In this document: positions 51,651 through 63,300 of the stretch, one piece after another
Position numbering within the stretch: position 1 is the stretch's first letter
Layout: the number at the start of each line of letters is the position of its first letter
Source: Podospora anserina
Lineage: Eukaryota
Assembly: GCA_017654855.1 (NCBI GenBank)
Contig: CM030332.1
Coordinates: forward strand, 744,001 to 808,000
Length of the DNA stretch: 64,000 bases
Reading direction: 5' to 3'
Translations under genes and position numbers: made by a program
Notes under the pieces: model-generated
The model's database searches: none
Seen by the model: the letters and a program-made list of their open reading frames with translations, nothing else
Told to the model about the DNA's origin: nothing

Positions 51651-52714
51651 GTGGGTGATCAAGCATCTTTTTTGGGGGGTTCATACCTTTTGACTGCAGC
51701 ATTGTGCATCTATAGAGGGGTTGAAAGGGGAGTGTTAGCTATTTTATTCACAATCATATTAGAGGTGGGATAGGTAGGGGGGAGAGAGCCGGGGTGGTGG
51801 GGGTGGTTTAGAAATGGGGTTAACTTATTTGCATTCTGTTTCATGGGATAGATAAAGTTTCGTGTTTTTTTCTTCTCCTTTTTTGTCTTCTTTCGGGGGG
51901 TGATTATAACGTGATAATGGTGGCTGAGAAAATGGTTGGGTGTAAGGAAGGGTTGAGTTGGTGGTTTAATTCTTATGATAATGATATCGTGGGATAAGGC
52001 GGGGGAGGATTATTGATTTAGTTATACGTGTCTTTGGTTTAATGAGATGAATTATTACTGTCTTGATTTTGTGTTGGGTGAGACAGATGTGTGAGCTGAT
52101 CAATGATTGTAATCCAAGAGAGAAGTGGTGTGCCGCTGAATATCTCTTTTCACTTTTTTTGGTCATTCTTTTAGCCTTCATTAATGCATACACAACAATT
52201 GTACATATGGATGAGAATGTTTACCCAGAAAGGCAAAAGATACTGAGATCCTCCCTCTTTTCCCAGCTATTCGGGGTGAGCTCCTCCTACCACCATTTTT
52301 GCTTGTCCCCCCCTCTCATCTGGCCCAGCCAACTTGCTCACACACCATCAAACACTCCCACCAGACTCTCGCTTCCTCCTTTCTCCCTAATGTACAATAA
52401 AAAAACTACAAGTAATGTCCGCATCATGGAAAAAACAACACATAGATGCTCGCTTTCCCCCACCCCCCATCCCTTCCCACGCCAACAAATTTTAAGAGTG
52501 GTGTTGTTGTTCGTTTTTGTTTTCATGTGTGGTGTGTGTGTCGAAAATGCTCAAGGCGCCGCGCAACCTACCCCCCTTCCCTTCTATACATTTGCCGAGA
52601 AATGGTTCCTGTCCCTTGCTGAACATTATCCCGTATAATACAGTCTCTTGCTTTTTGTTTTTTTGGTTTTGTTTTTGGCCAACAACACCAAATAAAAAGA
52701 AAGAAGAAGCAAAT

Positions 52715-54389
52715 TTAAATCCACTCCCTCCCGCTCTTTTGCATCTCAATCAACCTCCACCCTCTAGTCTCTGGGTTGTTGACATCCTCAGGTATCCTCG
52801 TGATACCAATAGCATATGTCACGAGCGAGACCTTGTCCTCCATGCCCGCCGCGAGCTTGCCCGTCTTGGCGTTGCGGTACACATGCACCTCCTGCGTCCG
52901 GCAAGTAATAACAAAAACCGGGATCTCGCCAGGGTCGAGCATGCGCGCCTTGAGGACGTCCACACCTCGGATATCGAGGATGCGGCCGTCAGACTTGAGG
53001 CCGTTTTGGAGGTACTGCTTCGTCAGGGCCTCGTACACAGAGTACTGCGCCTCCGAGAGCCAGAGCTTGAGCGTCTCGACGTCACCCTTGACGTAGGCGT
53101 CGAGGACTTCGGGGAGGATGTACTCTCGAAGTTCCTGGAGGAAGGTCTCCATCTGGAAGGCCGGGTCCATGGTGCGGACCTTCTTGATGACCATGGCCGT
53201 CTCGTTCTCGGCGAAGAAGCCGGCGACGCGGTCGGTGATGTTGCGGGCGGTGGAGATAAGGGGGTTCTCGGACTCTTGGTAGACTGATTTCAGGCCGAAG
53301 ACGCTCTGCATCATCTTGTTGGAGTCGCGGAAGTCGCGCCAGGCTTCCTTCCAGGCGGCGTCCTTGTGGAGAGTGACGTTGGTTCCGGCACTGAGGGAGT
53401 ATTGTTAGCTGGTATGCTTGCTACTTTGCAAGCAACAAGACTTACTTGGGGTCCTCCTCATGGATCTCGGTCTGTGGCCTGAGCTTCTCTAGAGCCTCTT
53501 TCCGCTTCCTGCGCTCCTCCTTCTCGATCCACCCACCATATCTCGAACTGCTTCCGTCGTCGATCACATCCTTGACATTCTTGTACGCCTCGGTCTCCCG
53601 AATTGGCTTGGTGGCCTTGTCGAGCACCTCACCAGTAATGTTGGCACCCTTTCTTACACCCTTCATGGCACGGGTCTCCCAGGTCCACTGAGCACCCTTG
53701 CCGATGGCACCAGCAGTGGTCTTGACAACGGTCGCGGCAGTGTTGGTGACGGCACCGGTCGTGGCCTCGTAGGCCTCACGGGCCTTGCGGACCTTTTCGC
53801 TCTCGATAAACTCGGTGGCGCCAGCGGACAGGGCCTTGGTTGACTCATTCCACTCCTTCGACTGCTTGAATTCGCTCTGCATCGTGTCCAGGAACACCTG
53901 CCATGGAGTCTTATCGCCATGTGGTGGGGGAGGTGGCGCATCGCCCTTCTTTCCCTTCTCCTCCTTCTTGCCCTCTGACTCCTCGCCCTCACCCTCTTCT
54001 TTCTTCTCCTTGGCCTCTTCCTTGGTCTCCTCCTTGCCCTCCTCCTTGGACTCTGGCTCCTTCTCCTTCTCTTCTACTGGTACTTTACGTGCCTTGGCGT
54101 TCTCGGCCTGAAGTGATCTGGAAGAGGCATGGAACGAGCGGCTGTGTGATGGTGGTGATGTGTCTAATCTGAGCGAACTGGGGAGGAAGGTCGATCGGAG
54201 GAGGGGTTGTTGCTGGAGCGAAGGAGGGGTAGATGGCCGCCGAAGCCCGTTCTGGGTGTGGGAGGTCTGGCTGGAGAGAAGGCGAATCTGTGCTGGCACA
54301 ACAGTATTGTTGCTGGTGATGTTGCGGAGGCCCGATACTCGCAATGGAGCGGCGGGCGACAGCCTCTGGATCTGCCGGGAGGCGTTCAT
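52715..54389 (-). CDS. TIM44: Mitochondrial import inner membrane translocase subunit Tim44 (2 exons)
   Basis: Arg/Ser-rich presequence from ATG 54389; SSRYGGWIEKEERR, ESENPLIS, FFAENET, LREYILPEVLDAYVKGD, GWRLIEM. Intron about 53445-53392. Confidence 0.95.
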
Positions 54390-54856
54390 GATTACTGCGG
54401 CTGTTGCTGCTGCTGTGAAAGAGGACGGCCCTAGACAGGCGCGAAGAGAAGTGGAAATATTGAAGCCGACAGCCGACATCAGCGAGAGTGTAACAGGAAA
54501 GAAAGCGCGCAAGTGTGGTGGGATTTGGGCCCATGCAAAGTGGATGGGATGCGGCAACAAGAAGATGCTTCAATATCTGGAATTCTTTGGCCGCCCGCCA
54601 AAATCTTTGCCAAGACCCCGGCAAATTCCCGGCTCGGCGCTCCAGTCGGCCGCCACCGAGGGGTCCTAAAATTAATTCGAGCTCCAAAGGCGGTCATTGC
54701 GCTCAGCAGTGATCACCTAGTGAGCGACCTCCAATTGCGCCCCGTGTCTCCGAAGACCGCCCACGACCAATCCGCTAGTGCCCCGAGTCGAGTCGAAACC
54801 GAACAAGCCGTTCCGATCCTCTTTGAAACCCAGCAGACGGCAACTGGTAACAAAAG

Positions 54857-55513
54857 ATGAGTCGGTTCTCGACGCCCCGCCTCATGGCACAGGGCATGCT
54901 TCGGACCTTGACCAAACCTCGACACCCAGCTCCCAGCGCGCCGCAATGGGCTCGCCTCTTCTCCCAGTCGCCCATTGTACGGGCTGATAACCCTTCTTCC
55001 CCAGCATCACAGTCGGACGCCATGATGACCCTTACGAGGAACTTCATGGAGAACGTTGCCGATCCCTCCAAAGCCAACAGCAGCAGCGGAGACCTGACAC
55101 AGGATTTCAATCTGGATCCTTTGGAGGAGGATACCGAGCTGGAGCCATATCACTTCCACATTTACTCGCACAAGCACAACACACACGTCACTCTCACAAA
55201 GCCCAACCGGGACGCCCTCATCTCGCTATCTTGCGGCAACCTCGGTTTCAAGCATGCCGGACGCAAGCACTACGATTCGGCGTACCAGCTGGGAGCATAT
55301 GTGATCGACAAGATGAACCAGAAGGGTTTGACGAAGAAGATTCACAAATTGGAGGTTATCCTGCGCGGTTTCGGATCCGGGAGAGAGGCGGTCGTCAAGG
55401 TCCTGATGGGCAACGAAGGCAAGGGGTTGAGGGATAAGATTGTCAAGGTGTCGGATTCGACAAGAATCAAGTTCGGTGGTACCAGAAGCAAAAAACCAAG
55501 GAGATTGGGTTAA
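54857..55513 (+). CDS. MRPS18: Mitochondrial small ribosomal subunit protein uS11m
   Basis: Presequence followed by the S11 family motifs HNTHVTLT, SCGNLGFK, LRGFGSGRE and DSTRIKFGGTRSKKPRRL. Confidence 0.9.
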   Translation: MSRFSTPRLMAQGMLRTLTKPRHPAPSAPQWARLFSQSPIVRADNPSSPASQSDAMMTLTRNFMENVADPSKANSSSGDLTQDFNLDPLEEDTELEPYHFHIYSHKHNTHVTLTKPNRDALISLSCGNLGFKHAGRKHYDSAYQLGAYVIDKMNQKGLTKKIHKLEVILRGFGSGREAVVKVLMGNEGKGLRDKIVKVSDSTRIKFGGTRSKKPRRLG

Positions 55514-55914
55514 AGGGTTAATAGAAAACTGGGGGGTTGGGAATGTCGAAACCTGGGGCAGATCCATATCCTGTGTACATGTTGTATATTATCATGTTCT
55601 TTCCGGGGACTCCTGGGAGGCTTTTCTCCTTTGTTCAAAAGTGTTTACCCATCTTTGACCATGGGAACAGGCCCTAAGGAATATATCCCTCTGGTGGTCT
55701 TGTGTTCATCCTATGTTGAAGCAACGAATGTCGTTCTGAGGTCTTGGGTCCGGCGGAATGGATACCGAAGCGCCGGCTTGCAACGGCGTGGACCCACTTA
55801 AAATTTCAAGTTCTCCCGGCCCTGTCAATTCAACTTTCAGCCTTCCGTCCCGCAAGTGGCCTTGCAACCCACCAGATCCATCCCCGACATCACCGCGCAA
55901 TGTAGCCGTCCACC

Positions 55915-57444
55915 ATGCCGGCGCCCAATTCCCAAATGCCGCCCGCGGCGGGCCTGCCGTTCCCGCCATCACCACAGTCAGCACAATCACCACCACCATA
56001 TAGCCCCTCAGCCCCGCCATCAACGAGCCCCTCCACCGCGGCGGCCCCCTCCTTCCTCCCCCTCGACCAGCTCTTCACCAACCCCGTCTTCGCCGGCGGT
56101 CTCGGCCTCGCCTCCCTAGGCGCAGCCGCCGCCTTTGGCCGCCGCGCCCTGATCCAAGGCACCGCCCTCCTCCGCCGCCAGCTCCTCGTCAACATCGAGA
56201 TCTCCAAGCGCGACCCATCCTACTCCTGGGTCCTGGCCTGGCTAGCCCAACCAAGAGACAACTCGGGCTTCATCGCCCAGCGCCTCACCCGGCTCCGGTC
56301 ACTGTCTGTAACAACAACAACCAAATCCCTCTCCAAAGTCGCCGGCGAAGAAGGCAACGGCCGCACCCACGCCGATTTCCGCGTCCAGCCAGGGTTCGGG
56401 CACCACATCGTCCGCCACAAGCCAGGGGTGTACATCGCCGTCAACCGCGAGAAAGCCTCCACCGCCACCACCGCGACGGGCGAGCCCCACGAGACGTTGA
56501 CGCTTACCCTCCTCTGGATGCACCGCCATGTCCTGGCCGAGGTCTTCACCCAGGCTCACGAGCTGGCGCAGTCTTTCCAGCAGGGCAAGACAGTTGTCTA
56601 CACGGCCCGCAACATGCAGTGGACCGTGCTTGGGAAGCCAAGACTCAAACGCCCTCTCGGGAGCGTCATTCTCGACGAGGGGGTGAAGGAAAGCTTGGTG
56701 GCGGATGTGAAGGAGTTTATGGCTGCTCAGGAGTGGTACACGGAGCGGGGTGTCCCCTATCGGCGCGGATATCTGCTTTATGGCCCGCCGGGGACGGGAA
56801 AGACGAGTTTTATCCAGGCGCTGGCGGGAGAGCTGGATTACTCGGTTGCCATGATTAATTTGTCCGAGATGGGCATGACGGATGATTTGCTGGCGCAGCT
56901 GTTGACGCAGTTGCCCGAGAAGAGTATCTTGTTGTTGGAGGATGTGGATGCTGCGTTGGTGAATAGGCGGCAGAGGGATCCGGATGGGTATTCTGGGAGG
57001 AGTGTTACTGCTTCTGGGTTGTTGAACGCTCTGGACGGCTTGGCGGCGGGCGAGGATAGGATAGCGTTTTTAACGACGAACCACATTGACAAGCTTGATC
57101 CGGCGCTGATCAGACCGGGGAGAGTGGACATGATGGTGAGGATTGGGGAGGCGTCGCGGTATCAGGCCGGTCAAATGTGGGATAGGTACTATGGGGATGT
57201 TGACACTGACCACAAGGGCAGGGAAAGGTTCTTGGAGAGATTGGATGGGTTGGGGCTGTTTGGTGGCGACCAGAAAGATCCTGCTGTTCCTAAAAGACAC
57301 ACGTCTACGGCGGCCATTCAGGGATTGTTCCAGTTCCACAAGGGGGACATGGAAGGGGCGATCAAGATGGCTGAGCACTTGATCCCGAGGACATATGAGC
57401 CTGAGCCTCCTACTGTGGAGGGGTCGATTAAATCTCCTGCCTGA
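55915..57444 (+). CDS. BCS1: Mitochondrial AAA-ATPase BCS1 (Rieske protein insertion into complex III)
   Basis: NPVFAGGLGL TM, RPLGSVILD, RGVPYRRGYLLYGPPGTGKTS, LLEDVD, SGLLNALDG, LDPALIRPGRVD. Confidence 0.96.
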   Translation: MPAPNSQMPPAAGLPFPPSPQSAQSPPPYSPSAPPSTSPSTAAAPSFLPLDQLFTNPVFAGGLGLASLGAAAAFGRRALIQGTALLRRQLLVNIEISKRDPSYSWVLAWLAQPRDNSGFIAQRLTRLRSLSVTTTTKSLSKVAGEEGNGRTHADFRVQPGFGHHIVRHKPGVYIAVNREKASTATTATGEPHETLTLTLLWMHRHVLAEVFTQAHELAQSFQQGKTVVYTARNMQWTVLGKPRLKRPLGSVILDEGVKESLVADVKEFMAAQEWYTERGVPYRRGYLLYGPPGTGKTSFIQALAGELDYSVAMINLSEMGMTDDLLAQLLTQLPEKSILLLEDVDAALVNRRQRDPDGYSGRSVTASGLLNALDGLAAGEDRIAFLTTNHIDKLDPALIRPGRVDMMVRIGEASRYQAGQMWDRYYGDVDTDHKGRERFLERLDGLGLFGGDQKDPAVPKRHTSTAAIQGLFQFHKGDMEGAIKMAEHLIPRTYEPEPPTVEGSIKSPA

Positions 57445-57911
57445 GAAGCAGGCAAAGGTTTTTGTATATCAATGTACATTATGTAAAACTGTATAGACCG
57501 TTGATACCCCAGCTTTTATCCAACATTGCTTGATGCTAGCCCCTCCATATCTTTACTTCGGCTTGGCCTGCTCCTTTGATTATGGGAACTTCATCGTAAG
57601 GTTGAGAAGCCCCTAAAAGCTCATGCCACTCCTTTATATGTCCTCCCAACTGACTTGTTGTCAAGTCGCTCGAGGCGTAGATATGTGCCAGAATAATAAA
57701 TATGGCACAGGACCACATAAAACTGTGATCGTTTGCATCTCAGGTCTTCCAACTGGCCGAATTGGATTCCACCTCCTGGTTCCAAGTGATTCGTTGCCAA
57801 CTGGCCGAGTTTGCTGATGTGATATGTCGGCCGGGCCTGCAAAAGCTAGTCGTGATCCAACACTGAGCCGGATATGAGTTTCTGATAACCGTAGTCCCAG
57901 TGGTAGGGGTC

Positions 57912-58523
57912 TCAGTCGTCGGCGGTCTTGTCCTTGGTGGGATCGGCCTCCTTGTTCTTGGGCTCTCCTTCAGAGTCAAAGCCCAAAGCATCAAGCTCGC
58001 GAATAAGCTCGTTAATCTTGAGGACCTTCGCCAATTGCTCAGGCAAGAGAGCAGCACCTTCCTCCTGCTTCTCTTGAAGACTCTTCACCTGCCTGAGCTT
58101 CTTCTTGAGGTTGCGGGCCTTCTTCGCCTTCTCCACCTCGGAGTCGAGCTCTTCCACTACAGGCTCGGGGGCCTTCTCGGGGGCCTTCTCGGGGGCCTTC
58201 GCCGAAGCACCGGCAGCCTCCGCAGCTTGAGCCTTGTTGCGGGCCGCCTCACGTCGCTTAGCGTTCTTATTCGCAGAGGCGGACGCAGCAGGCTTTGGTT
58301 CGTCCTTCAGGCCTTCCGAGCCGGGAGGGGGGCCCTTGCCGCGCGTGCGAAAGCTCTCGGCGGCGGGGTTCTTGTAGACTTCGATATCCTCGGGAGGGCG
58401 GTAGCCGGGGCGGATCTTGATTGCTTTTCTTGTGCTACCATCGGCACGGACGGACTCGGGGATGTGGCGCTCGCCGCTGGCCTCGTCGGTCACGATACCG
58501 GATTTGGTGGGTTGGGATGGCAT
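57912..58523 (-). CDS. PYM1: PYM/WIBG Mago-Y14 (exon junction complex) binding protein
   Basis: GERHIPESVRADGSTRKAIKIRPGYRP N-terminal WIBG motif; C-terminal KARNLKKKLRQ..L..EQLAKV. ATG 58523. Confidence 0.88.
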   Translation of the reverse strand: MPSQPTKSGIVTDEASGERHIPESVRADGSTRKAIKIRPGYRPPEDIEVYKNPAAESFRTRGKGPPPGSEGLKDEPKPAASASANKNAKRREAARNKAQAAEAAGASAKAPEKAPEKAPEPVVEELDSEVEKAKKARNLKKKLRQVKSLQEKQEEGAALLPEQLAKVLKINELIRELDALGFDSEGEPKNKEADPTKDKTADD

Positions 58524-59023
58524 GGTTGTGGAGGTGGGGTTTGATCTGATGAAGCTGATGGGCGACAATGTGATGGAAGAAACAGAAACGGCCGGATCCA
58601 GTTCACTCAGAATAAGTCTCGGCGGGAAAAAGGTTGACGAGGCCCGTCACCTGCTGCACACCGGCGTGGCAGTACCGTTGCATGAGTTGCGAGAAACGGT
58701 CGAGTTGTCAGATGTGGATGAAAGACGCCATGTTGCTCTCTGCGCTCTCTGCTCCAGCAATAAATGTTTGGCGGGGTTCAGTCCCCGCCAAGCTTTCTGC
58801 CCTGTCAAGCCTGGGAAGACAGCTTTGGCCAATCAGAAGGCAGCCGGATAGTTCCGTGCGGTGTTTCCGGCTTCCATTCAGTGGTCAGTCAGTTTTGCTT
58901 GCTCAATCGCATCGAAACACCCGGCCTTGACCAGCTTCGCGATCTCGCATCCACCTTCCCGACGTCAACCCCGGAACCCGAGTCTTTCAATTGACCCAGG
59001 TAGTCGCCTCGAGAACCGACAAA

Positions 59024-59478
59024 ATGGTGAGAGCTGCCCCCGTACCAAGAGAAATGAACAACTCAGTGCTGACCATGTGCGCGATGCTCCCAGTCTGCCA
59101 TTTACAAGCAAGTCCTGCCCTACCCGTCCGGGAGAGAGAGACACGCCGGAGCCGACGACTACCGATACTAACCCAGCTATAGCGCCATCTTCCGCAACAA
59201 CGCCACCATGCTTGGTGCCGTCTTTGCCGGTGCCTTTGCGTTCAACATGTATGCCGCCGATTAGACAAGAACGCCTACCCGCGCAAAGAACAACCATGCT
59301 GAACATGTCAACAGGGGCTACGACACTGTCATGAACAAGGTCTGGGACCACCACAACCGGGGGGTACGTCGACATGCCACACTATTCAGAATGAGGGAAG
59401 GGAAATGCTGACTGAGAGGAACAGCGCCAATGGAAGGACATCCGCCACAAGTACGCCGAGTCTGAGGACGACGAGTAA
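59024..59478 (+). CDS. QCR9: Cytochrome bc1 complex subunit 9 (61 aa, 5 exons; absent from the ORF track)
   Basis: Exons 59024-59026, 59094-59107, 59183-59248, 59315-59363 and 59425-59478 give MSAIYNAIFRNNATMLGAVFAGAFAFNMGYDTVMNKVWDHHNRGRQWKDIRHKYAESEDDE. Confidence 0.93.
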
Positions 59479-60318
59479 AGGATGGCAGACGAAGGAAACC
59501 ACACACACCACCGCATGGACCCAAACGAGGAGCGGTTAGTCGAGGCAGGAAAATGAGGAGGGGCCCCGACCTTGTATAATTCTAGACCGGAGACGGCTGT
59601 AGAGGAACCTGGAATAGAACATTGCTTGGCGATTGCAATGGTGCATCATCTCTGAAAGCTGGCTCTGGCAGGTCACGGTGATTAGGGGAGGTAGTGGGAT
59701 GAACTCGGGAGCTTCAGGGATTGGGTATGACTTAATAGTTGTGCCATGTATGAGATAATGCTCCGTCCAAACATATCTCTAAGTACCTAATCATGCTTCG
59801 GTGGAACGGATCTCTCTGTGATACCCAGTGGGTGATACAATAATCCACTTTTGGTAATGCTCAAGCTTTTAAAGTCTTTAAAACTTGGAGCATCACTAGA
59901 GCACTCTTTTAAGAATCCAAGAGGACAGCCCAACTAAGCCGCTTACACCAACAACCAAATTCCTTTGTGATAGTCGTGCATGCAAACACTGCACCCAAGC
60001 GCCGAGACAGCTGAACCGCCTGGACCTTGGAAATTGGTGACGCCCCAGCACGCCACCCCTGACCGACTTCGATCTACCACGTTTGGAACCCCACGATTTC
60101 CCCTCCATTCACTTATTGGGAGCAGCCCTCTATCAACCACCACCGATAAGACAACAAACCACCGTTAGTTGTTGGCCCCATTTCGAGATTCAGCAACGGC
60201 GCAAAACACACCAGTACACGTCTATACAATCAATCCACCTCTTTTACTCGATGCCCACCACCGTATCCGACCTGAAATAAGAGTTGACGTCACAAACGCA
60301 AAAGGCGGCTCACCGATC

Positions 60319-63300
60319 ATGGCCGACATGATGTCGACGCAAGAGCAGCAGCTCTGCCAGGTGCTGCGAAACTTGCCCTACCGCCACCGGTGTCGATACT
60401 CTGAGGATGCCGCCCGAGATCTGCTCAAGGACCTTTTCTGGTCCATGGCTGGCGGTCGGGACGACTACATGGAGCTTTTCTTCCCCACCGGTGGCCCAAC
60501 CCGACCTGACGGGACCCTCAAAATGCGAGACGCCCAGGGCGCCATCGAAGGCGCAGAGTACACCGAGGCTGCGCGCGGCAAGGCTTGCGGACACATTTTC
60601 AAACAGGGCGAGGCCTCGTACGCATGCCGGACATGCAGCGCTGACGATACCTGCTGCCTCTGCAGCAAATGCTTCGATGCGACGGACCATACGGGGCACA
60701 TGGTTAGGATCAACATCTCGCCTGGAAACAGTGGGTGTTGTGACTGTGGAGATGCAGAGGCGTGGAAGAGGCCCGTGTTTTGCACGATACACTCGGTGTG
60801 GGAGGGGGAGGATAAGGGGAAGGGGAAAGCAAACACTGGAGCGCCGGAGGACCTCCTCGCCAGCATCCGAATGACGATCGGCCGCGTCTTTGACTACATG
60901 TGCGATGTCATCTCGTGCTCCCCTGAGCAGCTCCGGCAAACAAAGACGGTCGAGTCGATCGAGAGAGACGAGGTAAACTCTAGATTATCCTCAACATACT
61001 GCGGCGGGGACACAACGAGGCCAGAAGAATGGTGTGTACTTCTTTGGAACGACGAAAAGCATACGGTTGCAGACGTTCAAGACCAGGTGGCGAGAGCATG
61101 CGGGACGACGCTGGCAACCGGCCTCGCAAAGGCCTACGAGACGGACGGCATCGGTAGAAGTCTGTTGATGTACGACCAAAGTATCGAAAAACTCATAGAA
61201 GTTGCCGAGGTTTTGGAAAGGATCAGGGTCACTGTCACAATTCGCTCAGCTCGAGACACGTTCCGAGAGCAGATGGTCAGCACGATGGTGGATTGGCTAA
61301 GAGACATCTCGGGATGCAGCGTCGGCAACGACCACAACATTCTTAGGCAAGTTGTTTGTGAGGAGATGCTCAAACCATGGCGCCGAGGAAGTCGAGCTAC
61401 ACACGCCAATGTTGGACAGGACGGCATGGATGACGAGGAGATGACTGAACGCCAATACTTTGAGGAGGACGAGTTCTATGCCCAGCAAATAAGAATCATG
61501 GTGCAAGCTCGAGCTGCCGCCCGTGTGGGAGAGCCCATAGACGATTCTGATGATGATGACGACGGAATTGATATCGACGAGGAGGAATATGAGCACGCCC
61601 TTGGGAGTGATATGGAAGAGAACGGGGATGACGACGGCGATGTCATGATGATCGATACCAGGACAGAGGGCGGCGATATTCCCATGCAAGACTGGCGTCA
61701 AGACAACGCTTTAGAAGATGATGAAGCTACAGCTGCTGGCTATCCGCCACCACCGCCACCGCCTCCTCCAGTTCCAGCTCCCAGACGAACTGCTCGGGAA
61801 AGGGAGCTCACTCCTTCGGATTCTGATACCGCAGAGCCGCTTATTGCTCCTACGGTGTCTTTCAAGCCTCGTCTCGACATACCCAAGACACCCGGCAACA
61901 ACAAAACCGGAGAGTCAGCCCCAGCACCCGGTTCATACTGGCTTGCCACTCCCACAGGCTATGTGGAAGAAGAAGGAATCCCGGTTGCCGAGGACCTGTT
62001 TGAGAGGGTGCGGCTGGACTGGATGATTCTGTTCGACCTCAGGATGTGGAAGAAGGTTCGGAATGACCTGCGATCCTTGTACATCTCGACTGTGGTCACA
62101 ATTCCCGAGTTTAAGCGCATCCTGGGTCTCCGGTTCGCCGGACTCTACACCACGCTTGCGCAGTTGTATCTCATCGGCGACCGCGAGCCGGACCATTCCA
62201 TCATCAACATATCCTTACAAATGCTGACCACCCCATCCATCACGGCCGAGGTCGTGGAGCGTGGCAACTTCTTGACAAACTTGATGGCCATCTTATACAC
62301 CTTCCTGACGACTCGGCAAGTCGGGCACCCCTGGGATGTGGACTCCAGCGCTGTCTTGGCCTTCGACACTGGTTCCGTCACCAACCGCAGAATGTATCAT
62401 TTCTTCCTTGATCTCAAGTATCTCTTTGGCTCCCCCAACGTCCAAGAGCGCCTTCGGACAGAGGAGCGGTACATGATGCAGTTCTTGGACCTCGTCAAAC
62501 TGCACCAAGGCATCTGTCCTAACGTCAGGGCGGTGGGTGAGCACGTCGAATACGAGACGGACAGCTGGATCAGCGCTTCGCTGGTCACTCGTGAAATCAA
62601 CAGGCTATGCCGGCAGTTTGCCGAGTCTTTCCGGAATGTCAGTGAGCAGGAGTTTGTCCACGTGGAGAAAGCTATTCGCCTCGCGGCCAAGTCGGTCATT
62701 GTCAACTCCATTGGAGCTGAACGCAGCCGGTTCAGCGGATCGGAGATCAAGGATGAAATTCGGTTCAAGACACTCAGCGACTTTGAGTTTGACCCGACAC
62801 ATAACGAGATTGAGGTGGTCAAGTTTGTTGTTGAGGAGCAGCCGATAAGTTTCCACCATGCGCTTCACTACACTCTGTCTTGGTTGATCGAATGTGGCAA
62901 GGCTATGCCGGTGGAACAGCTCAGGGCACTCTTGACTTTCACCACGCAGGAGCTTACTATGAAGCCTCGCTCCATGGGCAAGAAGGTGTGGCCAAAGCGA
63001 GAGTTTACTCCCGAGGACTACCTCATGGCTGCCTTTGACTACCCGCTACGAGTGTGCGCGTGGCTTGCTCAGATGAAGGCGGGCATGTGGGTCAGGAACG
63101 GGTTGAGCTTGCGTCACCAAGCTGGAACATACCGCGGTGTTGGTCAGAGAGATGTGTCCCACCACCGCGATATCTTCTTGTTGCAGACGGCCTTGGTGGT
63201 TTGTGATCCCAGCCGCGTGCTGGCGTCTATCATCGATCGGTTCGGCATGGAGAAGTGGGTCAAGGGCATCTTTGAACAAAAGACCAAGAGTCAAGACGAT

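Noticed and set aside
53442-54560. ORF-track TIM44 start at 54560
   Set aside because: Non-ATG start; the presequence-like N-terminus begins at ATG 54389.
58166-58202. 12-bp tandem repeat
   Set aside because: Coding repeat (KAPE x3) in the PYM linker; not a mobile-element or array signal.
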